A stretch of 64,000 nt of DNA from Euryarchaeota archaeon UBA181. Its GTDB lineage: Archaea > Thermoplasmatota > Poseidoniia > Poseidoniales > Thalassarchaeaceae. Under the pieces are notes generated by a model. That model was not told the origin of the DNA. It did no database searches and worked only from the letters and a program-made list of their open reading frames with translations. Positions 38,598 to 48,998 of this stretch are shown here, one piece after another (the stretch's first letter is position 1; each line of letters starts with the position of its first letter). Location of the stretch: the NCBI GenBank assembly GCA_002496725.1, contig DALI01000049.1, forward strand, positions 1,772-65,771. The letters run 5' to 3'. The translations under genes and the position numbers were made by a program.

Positions 38598-40805
38598 ATG
38601 GGTCGTAAGGAAGACAACATCAAGAGAGCTACAGAGATAATGCACGACCGTGACCATATCAGAAACATTGCAATTGCCGCTCATATCGATCATGGCAAGA
38701 CCACGCTTTCGGATAATCTGATTGCCGGTGCTGGAATGATGTCAGAAGATCTTGCAGGTAAGTCAAGGGTTCTCGATTTCGATGAACAGGAAAGTGCGCG
38801 TGGCATCACAATCAATGCTGCAAGTGCATCGATGGTCCACGTTGTTGGTGGACAAGACTACCTGATAAATCTCATCGATACCCCTGGGCACGTTGACTTC
38901 GGAGGAGACGTTACAAGGGCCATGAGGGCCGTAGATGGATGTATAATTCTAGCATGTGCAGTAGAGGGAACCATGCCTCAGACAGAAACCGTTGTCCGTC
39001 AGGCACTCAAGGAGAAGGTCCGACCAGTACTTTTCATAAACAAGGTTGATCGTTTGATTAATGAGTTACAAATAGATGGCCCAGAGATGATGGCCAGATT
39101 TGAGAAGATAATCACCAAGGTCAATAAATTGATTTCTACCTATGCACCAGAGGAATTGAGAAGGGACTGGCAGGTTTCAGTTCAGAAGGGGACCGTTGCC
39201 TTCGGCTCCGCATACTACAACTGGGGCATGTCCATTCCTTACATGCAAAAAAGCAACATCAACTTCAAGCAGATTTTTGAGTTCTGCCATAACGATAATC
39301 AGAAAGAACTGGCAAAGCTCGCACCAGTACACACCGTACTACTCGATATGACTGTTGAGAAGCACCCCTCTCCTGTAATAGCTCAGAAGTACAGAATTCC
39401 TAATATTTGGCAGGGTGATTTGGAATCAGGAGTTGGTAAGGCTATGATGGATTGTGATCCAGATGGCCCACTTTCATTGATGATTACAAAGATCTGGATG
39501 GATCCACATGCAGGAGAGGTAGCCGTCGGAAGAGTATACTCGGGTAGAATAAAACATGGTGAGTCCGTGTGGGCAATTGGTGCCGCAAAGGCAGAGAGGG
39601 TTCAACAGGTCGGTATGATGGTTGGTGGCGATAGAATCGCTACCTCAGAGGTAACATCTGGAAACATTGCGGCTATTACTGGAATACGCAGTGCCGCCGC
39701 TGGTGTAACGATCTCCAGAGAAAAAGACGCCCCTCCATTCGAGGCCATTAGGCATATCTCAGAACCTGTAGTCACGGTTGCTGTCGAGCCTAAGTCAATG
39801 AAAGACCTCCCTAAGTTCATCGATGCATTGAGGGGTCTCGCGAAGGCAGACGCTTCTCTGGAGGTCTCAACTAATCAAGAAACTGGTGAGGCCCTACTAG
39901 CTGGTATGGGGGAGCTCCATCTGGAGATTACTGTGTACAGACTGGAGGAGGAGCAGGGAATCAAGGTTAAGGTAAGTGAGCCAATTGTGGTTTACAGGGA
40001 ATCCGTTCAGAGTGATAACAAGGGGAGTGCATTTGAAGGTAAGTCTCCAAATAGGCACAACAGATTTTACATAGAGACAGAGCCACTTCCAGATATTGTT
40101 GTTGATAAGCTCAGAGCCGGTGAATTTAGAGACGGGACAGTCAGGGCCAAAGACTCTAAAGAAATCGGTGATCAGTTCGCAGAGCTCGGTATGAACAAAG
40201 ATTTGATGCGCAAGATTTACGCTATCAATGGCACCAACGTACTAGTAAATGATACCAAGGGAATTCAGAATCTGCATGAGACCAGAGAGCTAATAATCGA
40301 TGGTTTCAATGACGTCTGTAAGAAGGGCCCAGTTGCTGATGAACCATTGATGGGAGTTATGGTAAGGCTAGTTGATGCAAAACTGCATGAGGATGCCATA
40401 CACAGGGGTCCCGCGCAAACAATCCCTGCTGTGAGAAACGCGGTCAAGGGTGCTTTTATGAGATCCAGGCCAGTAATATTTGAGCCAATTCAGAAGATTC
40501 AGATTGACTCTCCGAATGATGTTATCGGAGGAGTAACTAGAGAAGTCTCAACAAGGAGGGGAATTATCGAGGACATGCCAGTGGAAGATGGCGTAACCAA
40601 GGTAATCGGAACTATTCCAGTAGCTGAGACATTCGGTTTCTCGAATGATATACGAGCTGCGAGCCAGGGAAGGGCGATTTGGAACATGGAAAATGCCGGT
40701 TTCGTTCACTTACCACCGAATCTGTTTGAGAAGGTAACTTCTGAGATCAGGGAAAGAAAGGGTCTCAAAGCTGAAATTCCAGGTGAGCTACATTACCAGG
40801 ACTAG
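38598..40805 (+). CDS. fusA: Elongation factor EF-2
   Basis: AHIDHGKTT, DTPGHVDF, NKVD and the diphthamide loop HEDAIHRG. Confidence 0.98.
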   Translation: MGRKEDNIKRATEIMHDRDHIRNIAIAAHIDHGKTTLSDNLIAGAGMMSEDLAGKSRVLDFDEQESARGITINAASASMVHVVGGQDYLINLIDTPGHVDFGGDVTRAMRAVDGCIILACAVEGTMPQTETVVRQALKEKVRPVLFINKVDRLINELQIDGPEMMARFEKIITKVNKLISTYAPEELRRDWQVSVQKGTVAFGSAYYNWGMSIPYMQKSNINFKQIFEFCHNDNQKELAKLAPVHTVLLDMTVEKHPSPVIAQKYRIPNIWQGDLESGVGKAMMDCDPDGPLSLMITKIWMDPHAGEVAVGRVYSGRIKHGESVWAIGAAKAERVQQVGMMVGGDRIATSEVTSGNIAAITGIRSAAAGVTISREKDAPPFEAIRHISEPVVTVAVEPKSMKDLPKFIDALRGLAKADASLEVSTNQETGEALLAGMGELHLEITVYRLEEEQGIKVKVSEPIVVYRESVQSDNKGSAFEGKSPNRHNRFYIETEPLPDIVVDKLRAGEFRDGTVRAKDSKEIGDQFAELGMNKDLMRKIYAINGTNVLVNDTKGIQNLHETRELIIDGFNDVCKKGPVADEPLMGVMVRLVDAKLHEDAIHRGPAQTIPAVRNAVKGAFMRSRPVIFEPIQKIQIDSPNDVIGGVTREVSTRRGIIEDMPVEDGVTKVIGTIPVAETFGFSNDIRAASQGRAIWNMENAGFVHLPPNLFEKVTSEIRERKGLKAEIPGELHYQD

Positions 40806-40807
40806 AC

Positions 40808-42496
40808 TCAGTTAATTCTGATTAGTTGGAAATCAGTCATCTCTCTGAGTATGGATACTGAGTCGGAATCGCCTAGAATATCCAAGCACGAATGGGCCTT
40901 TGAATGGTGGAACATAGCCCTGTCCTTGGCATATTGTATAGATCCGTTGTCATGAAGTTCCTGCACGGCCTTAGCTAGTAGCTCTGATTCACACTCCCCT
41001 GATCCGTAAGCTTCTCTGAAGGATGGGAGCTCTTTCCCTGTGCCTAAAGCATGAATCGCTATCAGAGTTCTTTTTCCTTGAACAATATCGGAACCTGCGG
41101 GTTTACCCAGTGTCTCAGTATCTCCCGTGATGTCAATCAAATCATCCATCAACTGAAAGCACAGGCCCATATTAAGGCCCCATTCCGCCATTGATTCAAC
41201 TATTTGTTCCGTCGCCCCGGATAATTTTGCTCCTGTCATTGCACAGGTCTCGAACATTGCCGAAGTCTTACCAGCGATCATCTCTATGTATTCATCTTCA
41301 GAAACATGTTCCCTTTTCTCGAATTCCATATCAATCATCTGACCTTCAGCAACCCTCCTGACCATCTCACCAATAGATTTGACCAAGAAAACTAGGTCAT
41401 CCGAAATTATGTCATCAGACTCAGCGAGAATTTCAAATGCTACTGCGAGCATAGCATCTCCAGCATTAATTGCGGTCGCGTCATCATAAGCAACGTGTAC
41501 TGCATCCAAGCCCCTTCTAATCGGATCTTGATCCATGATGTCATCATGAACCAACGTGAAGTTGTGAATAATTTCTATAGATGCTCCAAGGGTCGTATGG
41601 CCTGCATTTGATTGGCCCACTGCGTCTCCAACAAGTTTCGGCAAGATAGCCCTCAACCTCTTTCCCCCTCCCGTGAAAAGGTGAGTCATTGCCCCATGCA
41701 ACCTTTCTTGTTTTATCTTAGACAAGCTCATCAGAATTTCATCCTCGACAGTTTCCCTATGCTCCTTTAATGCCGCCATTAGCGAAGAACCAGGTGATAT
41801 TACCACGCTTCCAATGTCCACTTCTCCGAATTTAACCACACCGACCCGTTTATTGATGCCTGTTAGATTTGGATAATCTCCCTCAAGGAACTCCATCCAT
41901 AGTAGTCTGAACCAAGGAGCTACTAGCTCGTCCTCCCACTTTCCAGAACCCTCCATAATATCTGATATCTCCTCTGAATCTACCCACATGTATGAAGAAA
42001 TTTCATTTTCATTAGGATTGATATCCAAGGAATCAACTTTAGTTATGAGTACGTGGTCAACTTCGTTTTCTAACCACTCATCGTTCCACCTGCACTTGTA
42101 TTGAAAAGCTCCAAGATGTACGAAAACTAGGGAATCAGCTCTCTCCTTGCTTATTCCCAATTCTTGAGGGAGCTTCCTTCTTGCGGCATTGATACAACCC
42201 TGTACGGGATCGTCATTTTCCCCTTCAATATCCAGGGGATGGCTACAGCAACTGTTGGCCCAGATCCCAGGGAATGTAATTTTCTCAGAGGAACGTTGCT
42301 GAATTAGTAGTCTATTCTCCGAATCAAAAATAAGTACACTGAATGCGCGATGTAGCAAACCCTCACCGTTATGGCAAACTAATTTGCTCGCAGCCCCCAT
42401 CATTTTGTCATTATGGTCAACCAGAATACACGACTCTGCCATCATTTCAGCCTGTGAGTTGTCATGCCCGGAAAGAGCGTTCGTCCCATCGGCCAT
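40808..42496 (-). CDS. Fusion of type-1 IPP isomerase and short-chain (GGPP-type) prenyl diphosphate synthase
   Basis: N-terminal LHRAFS, WANSCCSHP, ENEVDH (IDI1). C-terminal GGKRLR, HNFTLVHDDIMD and FQLMDDLID. Confidence 0.92.
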   Translation of the reverse strand: MADGTNALSGHDNSQAEMMAESCILVDHNDKMMGAASKLVCHNGEGLLHRAFSVLIFDSENRLLIQQRSSEKITFPGIWANSCCSHPLDIEGENDDPVQGCINAARRKLPQELGISKERADSLVFVHLGAFQYKCRWNDEWLENEVDHVLITKVDSLDINPNENEISSYMWVDSEEISDIMEGSGKWEDELVAPWFRLLWMEFLEGDYPNLTGINKRVGVVKFGEVDIGSVVISPGSSLMAALKEHRETVEDEILMSLSKIKQERLHGAMTHLFTGGGKRLRAILPKLVGDAVGQSNAGHTTLGASIEIIHNFTLVHDDIMDQDPIRRGLDAVHVAYDDATAINAGDAMLAVAFEILAESDDIISDDLVFLVKSIGEMVRRVAEGQMIDMEFEKREHVSEDEYIEMIAGKTSAMFETCAMTGAKLSGATEQIVESMAEWGLNMGLCFQLMDDLIDITGDTETLGKPAGSDIVQGKRTLIAIHALGTGKELPSFREAYGSGECESELLAKAVQELHDNGSIQYAKDRAMFHHSKAHSCLDILGDSDSVSILREMTDFQLIRIN

Positions 42497-42534
42497 GCTA
42501 TTGCGAGAAACCTACGACATATAACAGAATCCAA

Positions 42535-43329
42535 TCAACCTAGTATTTTGGTGCCTATGGTGGTCCCACTATCTATTAGCTGGCTTATTCTGTCCGGATG
42601 ATTCCCATTGATGAACCAAACCTCTTCAATATCAGTGGATATTGCCGATGCTCTCGAGGCCTTCAGAACTATTCCCCCTGTCACATCCTGTTCCGCATTA
42701 TGCATTGTTTCGACGAATTCCCCCTCCTTCCATGTTTCCAATAATCTTGATCCTTTCATATCAGGGGGCCTATCCAACATGCCATCAGCATCTCCAAGAA
42801 GAAAAATACAGTGTGTAACGGAGGGTACTTCTAGGGAAATCCTAGCCATCAGATCATCACCTGATAGAATTCCGAATTCATTATCTCCCGGGACGCTAAC
42901 TACGTCTCCGAAGGTTATCGGTACTATCTCACTTGGAATATTTTCAAAAATTCCGATGTCACCCTCAAATCCCTCTCCAGTTCCTGTAGCCCATTCAGAA
43001 GGTGGAAAAACCCTGCTATTGACTCCCTGTCTCCTCAATGAGCTAGTCACAAATTCACAGAGCTCAACCATATCACTTCTTACTTCCCCTACAGCTTCAC
43101 GTTGTTGAACAGATATCTCAGGTCTCAACCCCCCGGATAGTGACCATTTCTTGGCTAGAAGATGTCCAAATGATCCAGCTCCATGTACTATGATGACCGA
43201 GTGTCCATTCGAAATTAGTTTCGAAACTTCTTTGCTAATGGCGTCTATTATGTCAATTTTTGGAGTCTTAAATAACGACTTATCAGTGATTAAACCCCCG
43301 CCTAACTTGACTACAATCCTCGCCGCCAT
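42535..43329 (-). CDS. ipk: Isopentenyl phosphate kinase
   Basis: VKLGGGLITDK, HGAGSFGH, ILSGDD and DVTGG motifs. Confidence 0.92.
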   Translation of the reverse strand: MAARIVVKLGGGLITDKSLFKTPKIDIIDAISKEVSKLISNGHSVIIVHGAGSFGHLLAKKWSLSGGLRPEISVQQREAVGEVRSDMVELCEFVTSSLRRQGVNSRVFPPSEWATGTGEGFEGDIGIFENIPSEIVPITFGDVVSVPGDNEFGILSGDDLMARISLEVPSVTHCIFLLGDADGMLDRPPDMKGSRLLETWKEGEFVETMHNAEQDVTGGIVLKASRASAISTDIEEVWFINGNHPDRISQLIDSGTTIGTKILG

Positions 43330-43412
43330 GATGTTGCAGAGGCACTGGTTAGATTTGGGTTCTCCTATCAATTAATTGAAAGGTTCATTTCTATGAGGGT
43401 TTTGGAAGTATC

Positions 43413-43742
43413 ATGGGCGAAGCCGGTGAGATTGAAATCTTCCAAAGATGGCTACAATCAAAACTTGCAGCTTCTGAGCATATAGAAGATCCTTCAGAGA
43501 GGGATAGGAGGAGGCTTCACATTGAATCAGCCATCTCGGAGACTATTTTTTTCAGAGAATCGCTCGAGAAACTAGAGTCATTGGAGTCACCAGCTCCTTT
43601 CATTGAGAGGAGCACAGCAGTTAGGGCCTTGGAAAAATCCCCTCAAGCTGTTTCAACCAAGGATGGTAAGAACTGCATCAAGTGCTCCTCGGAGTTAGCC
43701 TCAGACCTAGACTTCTGTCCATCTTGTGGAGAAGAGAATTAA
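43413..43742 (+). CDS. Hypothetical protein with a C-terminal zinc ribbon
   Basis: CIKC...FCPSCG at the C-terminus. Confidence 0.7.
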   Translation: MGEAGEIEIFQRWLQSKLAASEHIEDPSERDRRRLHIESAISETIFFRESLEKLESLESPAPFIERSTAVRALEKSPQAVSTKDGKNCIKCSSELASDLDFCPSCGEEN

Positions 43743-44432
43743 TCACTCTTCTTCATCCCACTTGGCTCTAGCCAATTCGAACTCGGGATTATCTTCTGGT
43801 AGAATACTCAAGTATTCCCCTGCAACAGAATCTGCTAAGTAAACCGTTACACCAGCATGCCAAACTGTATCTCCCGATGCTACCATTGATGCAGTATCGA
43901 CCTCTAGAATTGTCGGTCTGCTATGATGAACCTTTCCAGCTTCTGCGGCTGATCTGACTGTAGCAGAAAGATGTACATGTGACCTTCCGCTTGGTGAAAT
44001 TCCAACTTCTAGGAGATTCTCAGCCTCATCGGGAGAGCAAGGATAGAAAAGCGAAGGTGGAATATTATCCGTGGGAAGGTCTAGCTCGATCTCTAGGCTA
44101 TGCCCGTATGTGGCCCTAATCATATTTCCTCTGACCTCATATCTTCCTTTGGGATCGGTTTCCGATATTGCCCTAAAGTGATGAGGCCTCAACCAGTGAT
44201 ATCTTCTTTCATTAGACTTCTTGAATTGCCTGATTATGTCTTTGATGTCTATCCAACCATTGATGTCCATTTCCAAATCAAACTTCTCTGGAGCGTGTCT
44301 GAGAACCAGAGCAAGTCTTCTTGCAATAGAGTCTCTTTCATTACCTCTCATAATGAATTTTCCTTCTGAATTGCATGCTGGACATAGGTCATCATCTGAG
44401 AAATATCCATGTGTTTCGCACTCTCTAATCAT
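43743..44432 (-). CDS. kptA: RNA 2'-phosphotransferase (Tpt1/KptA)
   Basis: LRHAP, KGRYE, IRATYGHS and HVHLS motifs; N-terminal C..HG..CPAC. Confidence 0.93.
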   Translation of the reverse strand: MIRECETHGYFSDDDLCPACNSEGKFIMRGNERDSIARRLALVLRHAPEKFDLEMDINGWIDIKDIIRQFKKSNERRYHWLRPHHFRAISETDPKGRYEVRGNMIRATYGHSLEIELDLPTDNIPPSLFYPCSPDEAENLLEVGISPSGRSHVHLSATVRSAAEAGKVHHSRPTILEVDTASMVASGDTVWHAGVTVYLADSVAGEYLSILPEDNPEFELARAKWDEEE

Positions 44433-44536
44433 ATTATCATCCCGGCCAGTTGCAGCCTTCACATGAACCTCTCGGTTGATGACTTTCTATTGTATCATCC
44501 ACCAAGTGTTATTTTCCTCCATCTCTCCCGAGGCTC

Positions 44537-45667
44537 GTGAGAGCAGTAATTGTAGATTGGATGAGAAGCCCGTTTCATCGTGCACACAAGGGAAACTTGT
44601 CAGCGATCCGCCCTGATGAAATGCTAGGGCAAGTAACTAAGTCACTTCTTACAAGGAATAGTATCAATCCCAAAGATATTGATGATATAATCGTAGGTTG
44701 CGCCTATCCCGAGGGAGAGCAGGGATACAATATCGGTAGATTAACGGCTTTCCTGGGCAATATTCCTTCAGATGTTCCAGGGATGACAATCAATAGGCTA
44801 TGTGGCTCCTCAATGCAGGCCATATTAGTTGCCGCCTCAAACATAGAGTCTGGATGGGGAGAATGCTTTCTTTGTGCTGGTATCGAATCTATGAGTAGGG
44901 TGAAGAGAAGGGGTTTCAACTGGAGTCCTCACCCAATCTTGAAGGACGAATTTCCTGAAGCATACATAAACATGGGAATAACCGCTGAGAATGTTGCAGA
45001 TTCCTGGGGAATATCTAGGATATCTCAAGAGCAATTCGCACTCGATTCTCACATGAAATCAATTTATGCCAGGGATAATGGAAATTTTGATGATGAGATA
45101 TGCCCAATAAATACCGATGGAGGAGTCATCAGTGAAGATGGCTGTATCAGAGAAACTAGCCTAGAATCAATGTCTAAATTGAGTCCTGTTTTCCGAGAAA
45201 ATGGATCTGTCACTGCCGCCACTTCTTCCCCTCTTACGGATGGAGCAGTTTGTATGATCGTTTGTAGCTCGGAATTCGCCGAGATTAATGGTTTGGAGCC
45301 ATTAGCCAGAATCGTATCAAGCGCAGTCACTGGTTGCCCCCCAGAAATAATGGGCATAGGCCCGATCAAATCTACTGAGATCGCACTTAATAGATCAGGG
45401 TGGACCATCGATGACGTCGATGTCTTTGAAATCAACGAAGCTTTCTCTTCACAGAGTCTCGCAGTCATTAATGATCTTTCAATCGACTACCAGAAAGTGA
45501 ATTTAGACGGTGGAGCTATCTCAATTGGCCATCCCTTGGGTGCCTCGGGAGCGAGGATAGTCGGAAAGGCCGCTTCTATACTCAGGCGTACTGGTTCCAA
45601 TAAGGCCCTAGCTACTATGTGCATAGGAGGGGGAATGGGTATTTCCATCACTTTAGAGAGCATCTAG
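44537..45667 (+). CDS. Acetyl-CoA C-acyltransferase (thiolase, bacterial FadA-like)
   Basis: INRLCGSS, EINEAF, GHPLGASG and CIGGGMG motifs. Confidence 0.93.
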   Translation: MRAVIVDWMRSPFHRAHKGNLSAIRPDEMLGQVTKSLLTRNSINPKDIDDIIVGCAYPEGEQGYNIGRLTAFLGNIPSDVPGMTINRLCGSSMQAILVAASNIESGWGECFLCAGIESMSRVKRRGFNWSPHPILKDEFPEAYINMGITAENVADSWGISRISQEQFALDSHMKSIYARDNGNFDDEICPINTDGGVISEDGCIRETSLESMSKLSPVFRENGSVTAATSSPLTDGAVCMIVCSSEFAEINGLEPLARIVSSAVTGCPPEIMGIGPIKSTEIALNRSGWTIDDVDVFEINEAFSSQSLAVINDLSIDYQKVNLDGGAISIGHPLGASGARIVGKAASILRRTGSNKALATMCIGGGMGISITLESI

Positions 45668-46185
45668 GGTACTAGCTTCCCATTGCATTCAGGACAAATA
45701 TCATTCTTAGTTAGAAGTGATGGGATTACTGCAAGTACACTAGAGCAATGAGGACATGCGGCAATAACTTCCTCATTTTCCAAATTTATTGGATTTATAG
45801 AATTTTTTCCTTCGAACCAAGATACGTATGTCGTGTTATTCAATGATGCAATTCTTCTAAATGAGGTGATCCCCAACATGGCGTACAACGCCCCGACAAT
45901 TATTGAGGGACCCGTCAAAATCAGCAAAATTCCTTCGATGACGAAGCATAACCCAAGTGACCCGAGCGATATCGAGCATACAAAAATACCCGGACTCTTG
46001 CGAAGCCTCAGAAGTATGGCGCCCAAAAACGATAACGGTAGGGAGATAATGGCAAAAATCATCGGAAAAATGTAAAAAATTGATTTATCATATGGTAGGC
46101 TAAAAATCGCTACGAACTGCACAATTGCCAGTATTACGATTAGAAAAGATATGTGCCGAGTGACGGATTCCATGCCCCGACTCAT
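45664..46185 (-). CDS. Four-TM membrane protein with a C-terminal zinc ribbon
   Basis: Hydrophobic segments followed by CPHC...CPEC. Start is ATG 46185 or 46173. Confidence 0.65.
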   Translation of the reverse strand: MSRGMESVTRHISFLIVILAIVQFVAIFSLPYDKSIFYIFPMIFAIISLPLSFLGAILLRLRKSPGIFVCSISLGSLGLCFVIEGILLILTGPSIIVGALYAMLGITSFRRIASLNNTTYVSWFEGKNSINPINLENEEVIAACPHCSSVLAVIPSLLTKNDICPECNGKLVP

Positions 46186-46241
46186 GATTTCAGACCTCCA
46201 CGGGAGCGACGCACTCATGAATCACTCGGCAATCGCATGTC

Positions 46242-47429
46242 ATGGACGGGGACACCGGCGTAAGCCAGCATAGCCATTCCCTATCCGGTAGAAGCATCCT
46301 TCTTGCTGTATCTGGGGGCATTGCCGCGGTTGAGTCAGTAAGACTCTGTCGGGAATTGAGGAGGCATGGAGCCACAGTCTCTCCAATGATGACAAAGGAA
46401 GCAACAAAGATACTCTCTCCATTGGCACTTTCGTGGGGTTCTGGTACTGAGGTAATCTCCACTTGGGAGTCATCTATGGCCCAACTTGACAAATATGACG
46501 CCATTGTTGTTGCCCCCGCTACGAGGAACACCATTGCTAAGCACTTGAATGGAATAATGGACTCTCCATTGATGATGGCTCTATCTGCGGCCAGAGGAAG
46601 TAAAACTCCTCTGGTTTTTGTTCCATCAATGCACTCCGATTTATTTGACGATCCAGTAACTGGAGATTTGCTATCATCATTAGAGGATGAAGGCTCTGAA
46701 GTAATTTTTGATGATGAGGAAGAAGGGAAAAGAAAACAGCCAGATCCAGTTGAGATAGTAGCTCAGATATGTCACATTGTTAATTCCAGACTTCCGAACA
46801 GAAGAATCGTGGCAATCACACTAGGTGCTAATTCAGCTCCAATAGATGACATTAGGAGCGTTACAAATACATCCTCAGGCCTTACAGGGTGGACTATTTC
46901 CGAACACCTCCATAGAATGGGGCATAAAGTGACTTGTATAGCGGGAAACACAACAAAAAATCCTAACTTTATTTTACCTGATATTAGACGTGCGTTCGAC
47001 CCACAGAAGATGCTTGATCAGGCACTTAAAGTTGCCACAGAACTTTCACCTGACACATGGATTTTCTGTGCTGCTGTTTTAGACTACATACCTGAGTACG
47101 TCTCCGGGAAAATACCCAGTTCCCAAGACGAACTCTCCGTAAAATTCCTGCCCACACAGAAACACATCCCATTGATTCTAGAGAAAACTGGAGAATGCTA
47201 TTCTATAGGTTTCAAATTAGAGAGCTCAGTCGAAATTCAGCAATTAATAGATAATGCTTCATCACAGGTTGATAGATATTCAATGAATGCAGTATTCGCA
47301 AATAGACTCGAAGATATGGCGAATGAGAACTCTTCACGTGCATGGTTAATAGAATCCGACGGCAATACTCGGGAAATTCCAGATCTGACTTCTCTGTGTG
47401 AGAATATTGAGGCATTAATGGCCAGTTAA
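46242..47429 (+). CDS. coaBC: Phosphopantothenoylcysteine decarboxylase/ligase
   Basis: SGGIAA, APATRNT, PSMH, IDDIRSVTNTSSG, AAVLDY and GFKLE motifs. Confidence 0.92.
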   Translation: MDGDTGVSQHSHSLSGRSILLAVSGGIAAVESVRLCRELRRHGATVSPMMTKEATKILSPLALSWGSGTEVISTWESSMAQLDKYDAIVVAPATRNTIAKHLNGIMDSPLMMALSAARGSKTPLVFVPSMHSDLFDDPVTGDLLSSLEDEGSEVIFDDEEEGKRKQPDPVEIVAQICHIVNSRLPNRRIVAITLGANSAPIDDIRSVTNTSSGLTGWTISEHLHRMGHKVTCIAGNTTKNPNFILPDIRRAFDPQKMLDQALKVATELSPDTWIFCAAVLDYIPEYVSGKIPSSQDELSVKFLPTQKHIPLILEKTGECYSIGFKLESSVEIQQLIDNASSQVDRYSMNAVFANRLEDMANENSSRAWLIESDGNTREIPDLTSLCENIEALMAS

Positions 47430-47477
47430 CGCCCACATGATACGAATTATTCAAACCGTCCCCGTACACGGAGTTAC

Positions 47478-48998
47478 ATGGGCGCCCCTAGGAAGGCCAA
47501 GAGGGGCATTCCCCCGAAGTCAGAATTCAACTCATGGTACCCTTCAATAATCGAGATAGCAGATTTGGTCGATAAGAGATACCCAATCAAGGGCATGGAT
47601 GTATGGAAGCCCTATGGGCTTAGGGCGATGTCACTCATTGACGGCCTTACTAGGAATCAGATGTCTATGACAAACCACCATGAACACAGATTTCCCCTAT
47701 TGGTCCCTGAAAATCTACTGGATAAGGAAAACAAACTAGTCTCGAGGCTAAAGGCCGCAAGAGAGGCCGGCGTTGATCCCTCCGAGCTAAGGATGGATGA
47801 TGAAGACTCGGGATTCAAGAAAGAGGTATACTGGGTAACACACGGTGGTGAGAACGAGCTCGAATCACCTATGTTCCTGAGGCCAACATCGGAGACACCG
47901 ATGTATACCATGTTCTCTCTATGGATTAGAAGTCATACCGATCTTCCACTCAAGACATTCCAGATTGTTAATACATTCCGATATGAGACAAAGCAAACTA
48001 GGTCCTTCATCAGAGTTAGAGAGATACACTTCTTCGAGGCTCATACTGTACATGCAGATGAAGAGGGCGCCACAGAGCAAATCTCTGAAGATGCATCAAT
48101 GGTCCAAAATATACTGAGTGACCTTTGCCTTCCAAGTTTAGTCTCCAAGAGGCCTGTTTGGGATACATTTCCAGGGGCTTGGTATACTATGGCCGCAGAT
48201 GTGGTTATGCCAAATGGGAGAACATTGCAAGTAGCCACATATCACCATTACAGGGATCAGTGGGCAAGGTCCTTTGATTTGAATTATGAAGATCATAATG
48301 GTGAGACTCAATTTTGTCATCAAACGACCTTTGGAATGTCCGAGAGACTACTGGGCTCAGTTGTCGGAATGCATGGGGACGATCAAGGACTCATCATGCC
48401 CCCCTCAATTGCACCCCACCAAGTAGTCCTCCTGCCAATAGCTGCGCATGTCAGAGACGACGTCATTACTGAGATCGAGACTCTTTCCGATAAGCTATCT
48501 AATCATGGAATTAGAACCTTTGTCGACGATCGGGATGTCAGGCCGGGAGTTAAGCACTATGACTGGGAGATCAAGGGTGCCCCAATAAGGTTAGAACTTG
48601 GCCCCAGGGATATCGATGCAGGCAAATGCATCATTACCGAGAGAACTGGGAAGAAGTATGAAACTCCCCTATCTAATATTGAGGAATCCATCATTAACGC
48701 TCTAGATTCTGTGGCTAGTGAACTAAAGATAAGGGCGAATGAGAACTTTTCAAATCATGTAAGGCCGTTACCAGAAATTATCAAAACTGATGATGGCTAT
48801 GAGTTCGAATCTCCATTGGAAGACGGTATTGTGTACTCATTCCCCTTTTGTGGTAATGATTCTGATGCAGAGATATTGGAAAAGCTCTCAGGTCTCACAA
48901 TGTTAGGTGAATGTGTAGAAGAATATTCAGAAATAAGAAATTGCGTAATTACAGGTACGGGGACAACAAAAATGCAACATCTTGCAAGGATGTATTAG
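47478..48998 (+). CDS. proS: Proline--tRNA ligase (archaeal/eukaryotic type)
   Basis: LRPTSET, FRYETKQTR.FIRVRE, GMSERL and C-terminal ARMY. Confidence 0.96.
   Translation: MGAPRKAKRGIPPKSEFNSWYPSIIEIADLVDKRYPIKGMDVWKPYGLRAMSLIDGLTRNQMSMTNHHEHRFPLLVPENLLDKENKLVSRLKAAREAGVDPSELRMDDEDSGFKKEVYWVTHGGENELESPMFLRPTSETPMYTMFSLWIRSHTDLPLKTFQIVNTFRYETKQTRSFIRVREIHFFEAHTVHADEEGATEQISEDASMVQNILSDLCLPSLVSKRPVWDTFPGAWYTMAADVVMPNGRTLQVATYHHYRDQWARSFDLNYEDHNGETQFCHQTTFGMSERLLGSVVGMHGDDQGLIMPPSIAPHQVVLLPIAAHVRDDVITEIETLSDKLSNHGIRTFVDDRDVRPGVKHYDWEIKGAPIRLELGPRDIDAGKCIITERTGKKYETPLSNIEESIINALDSVASELKIRANENFSNHVRPLPEIIKTDDGYEFESPLEDGIVYSFPFCGNDSDAEILEKLSGLTMLGECVEEYSEIRNCVITGTGTTKMQHLARMY

Noticed and set aside
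43990-44070. KptA has LFYPC in place of the usual LYHGT
   Set aside because: The catalytic RH and RATYGHS motifs are intact, and similar variants occur in euryarchaeal KptA as I recall.
46680-46760. CoaBC lacks the bacterial LACG catalytic Cys loop
   Set aside because: An EEGK-type loop is usual in archaeal CoaBC.
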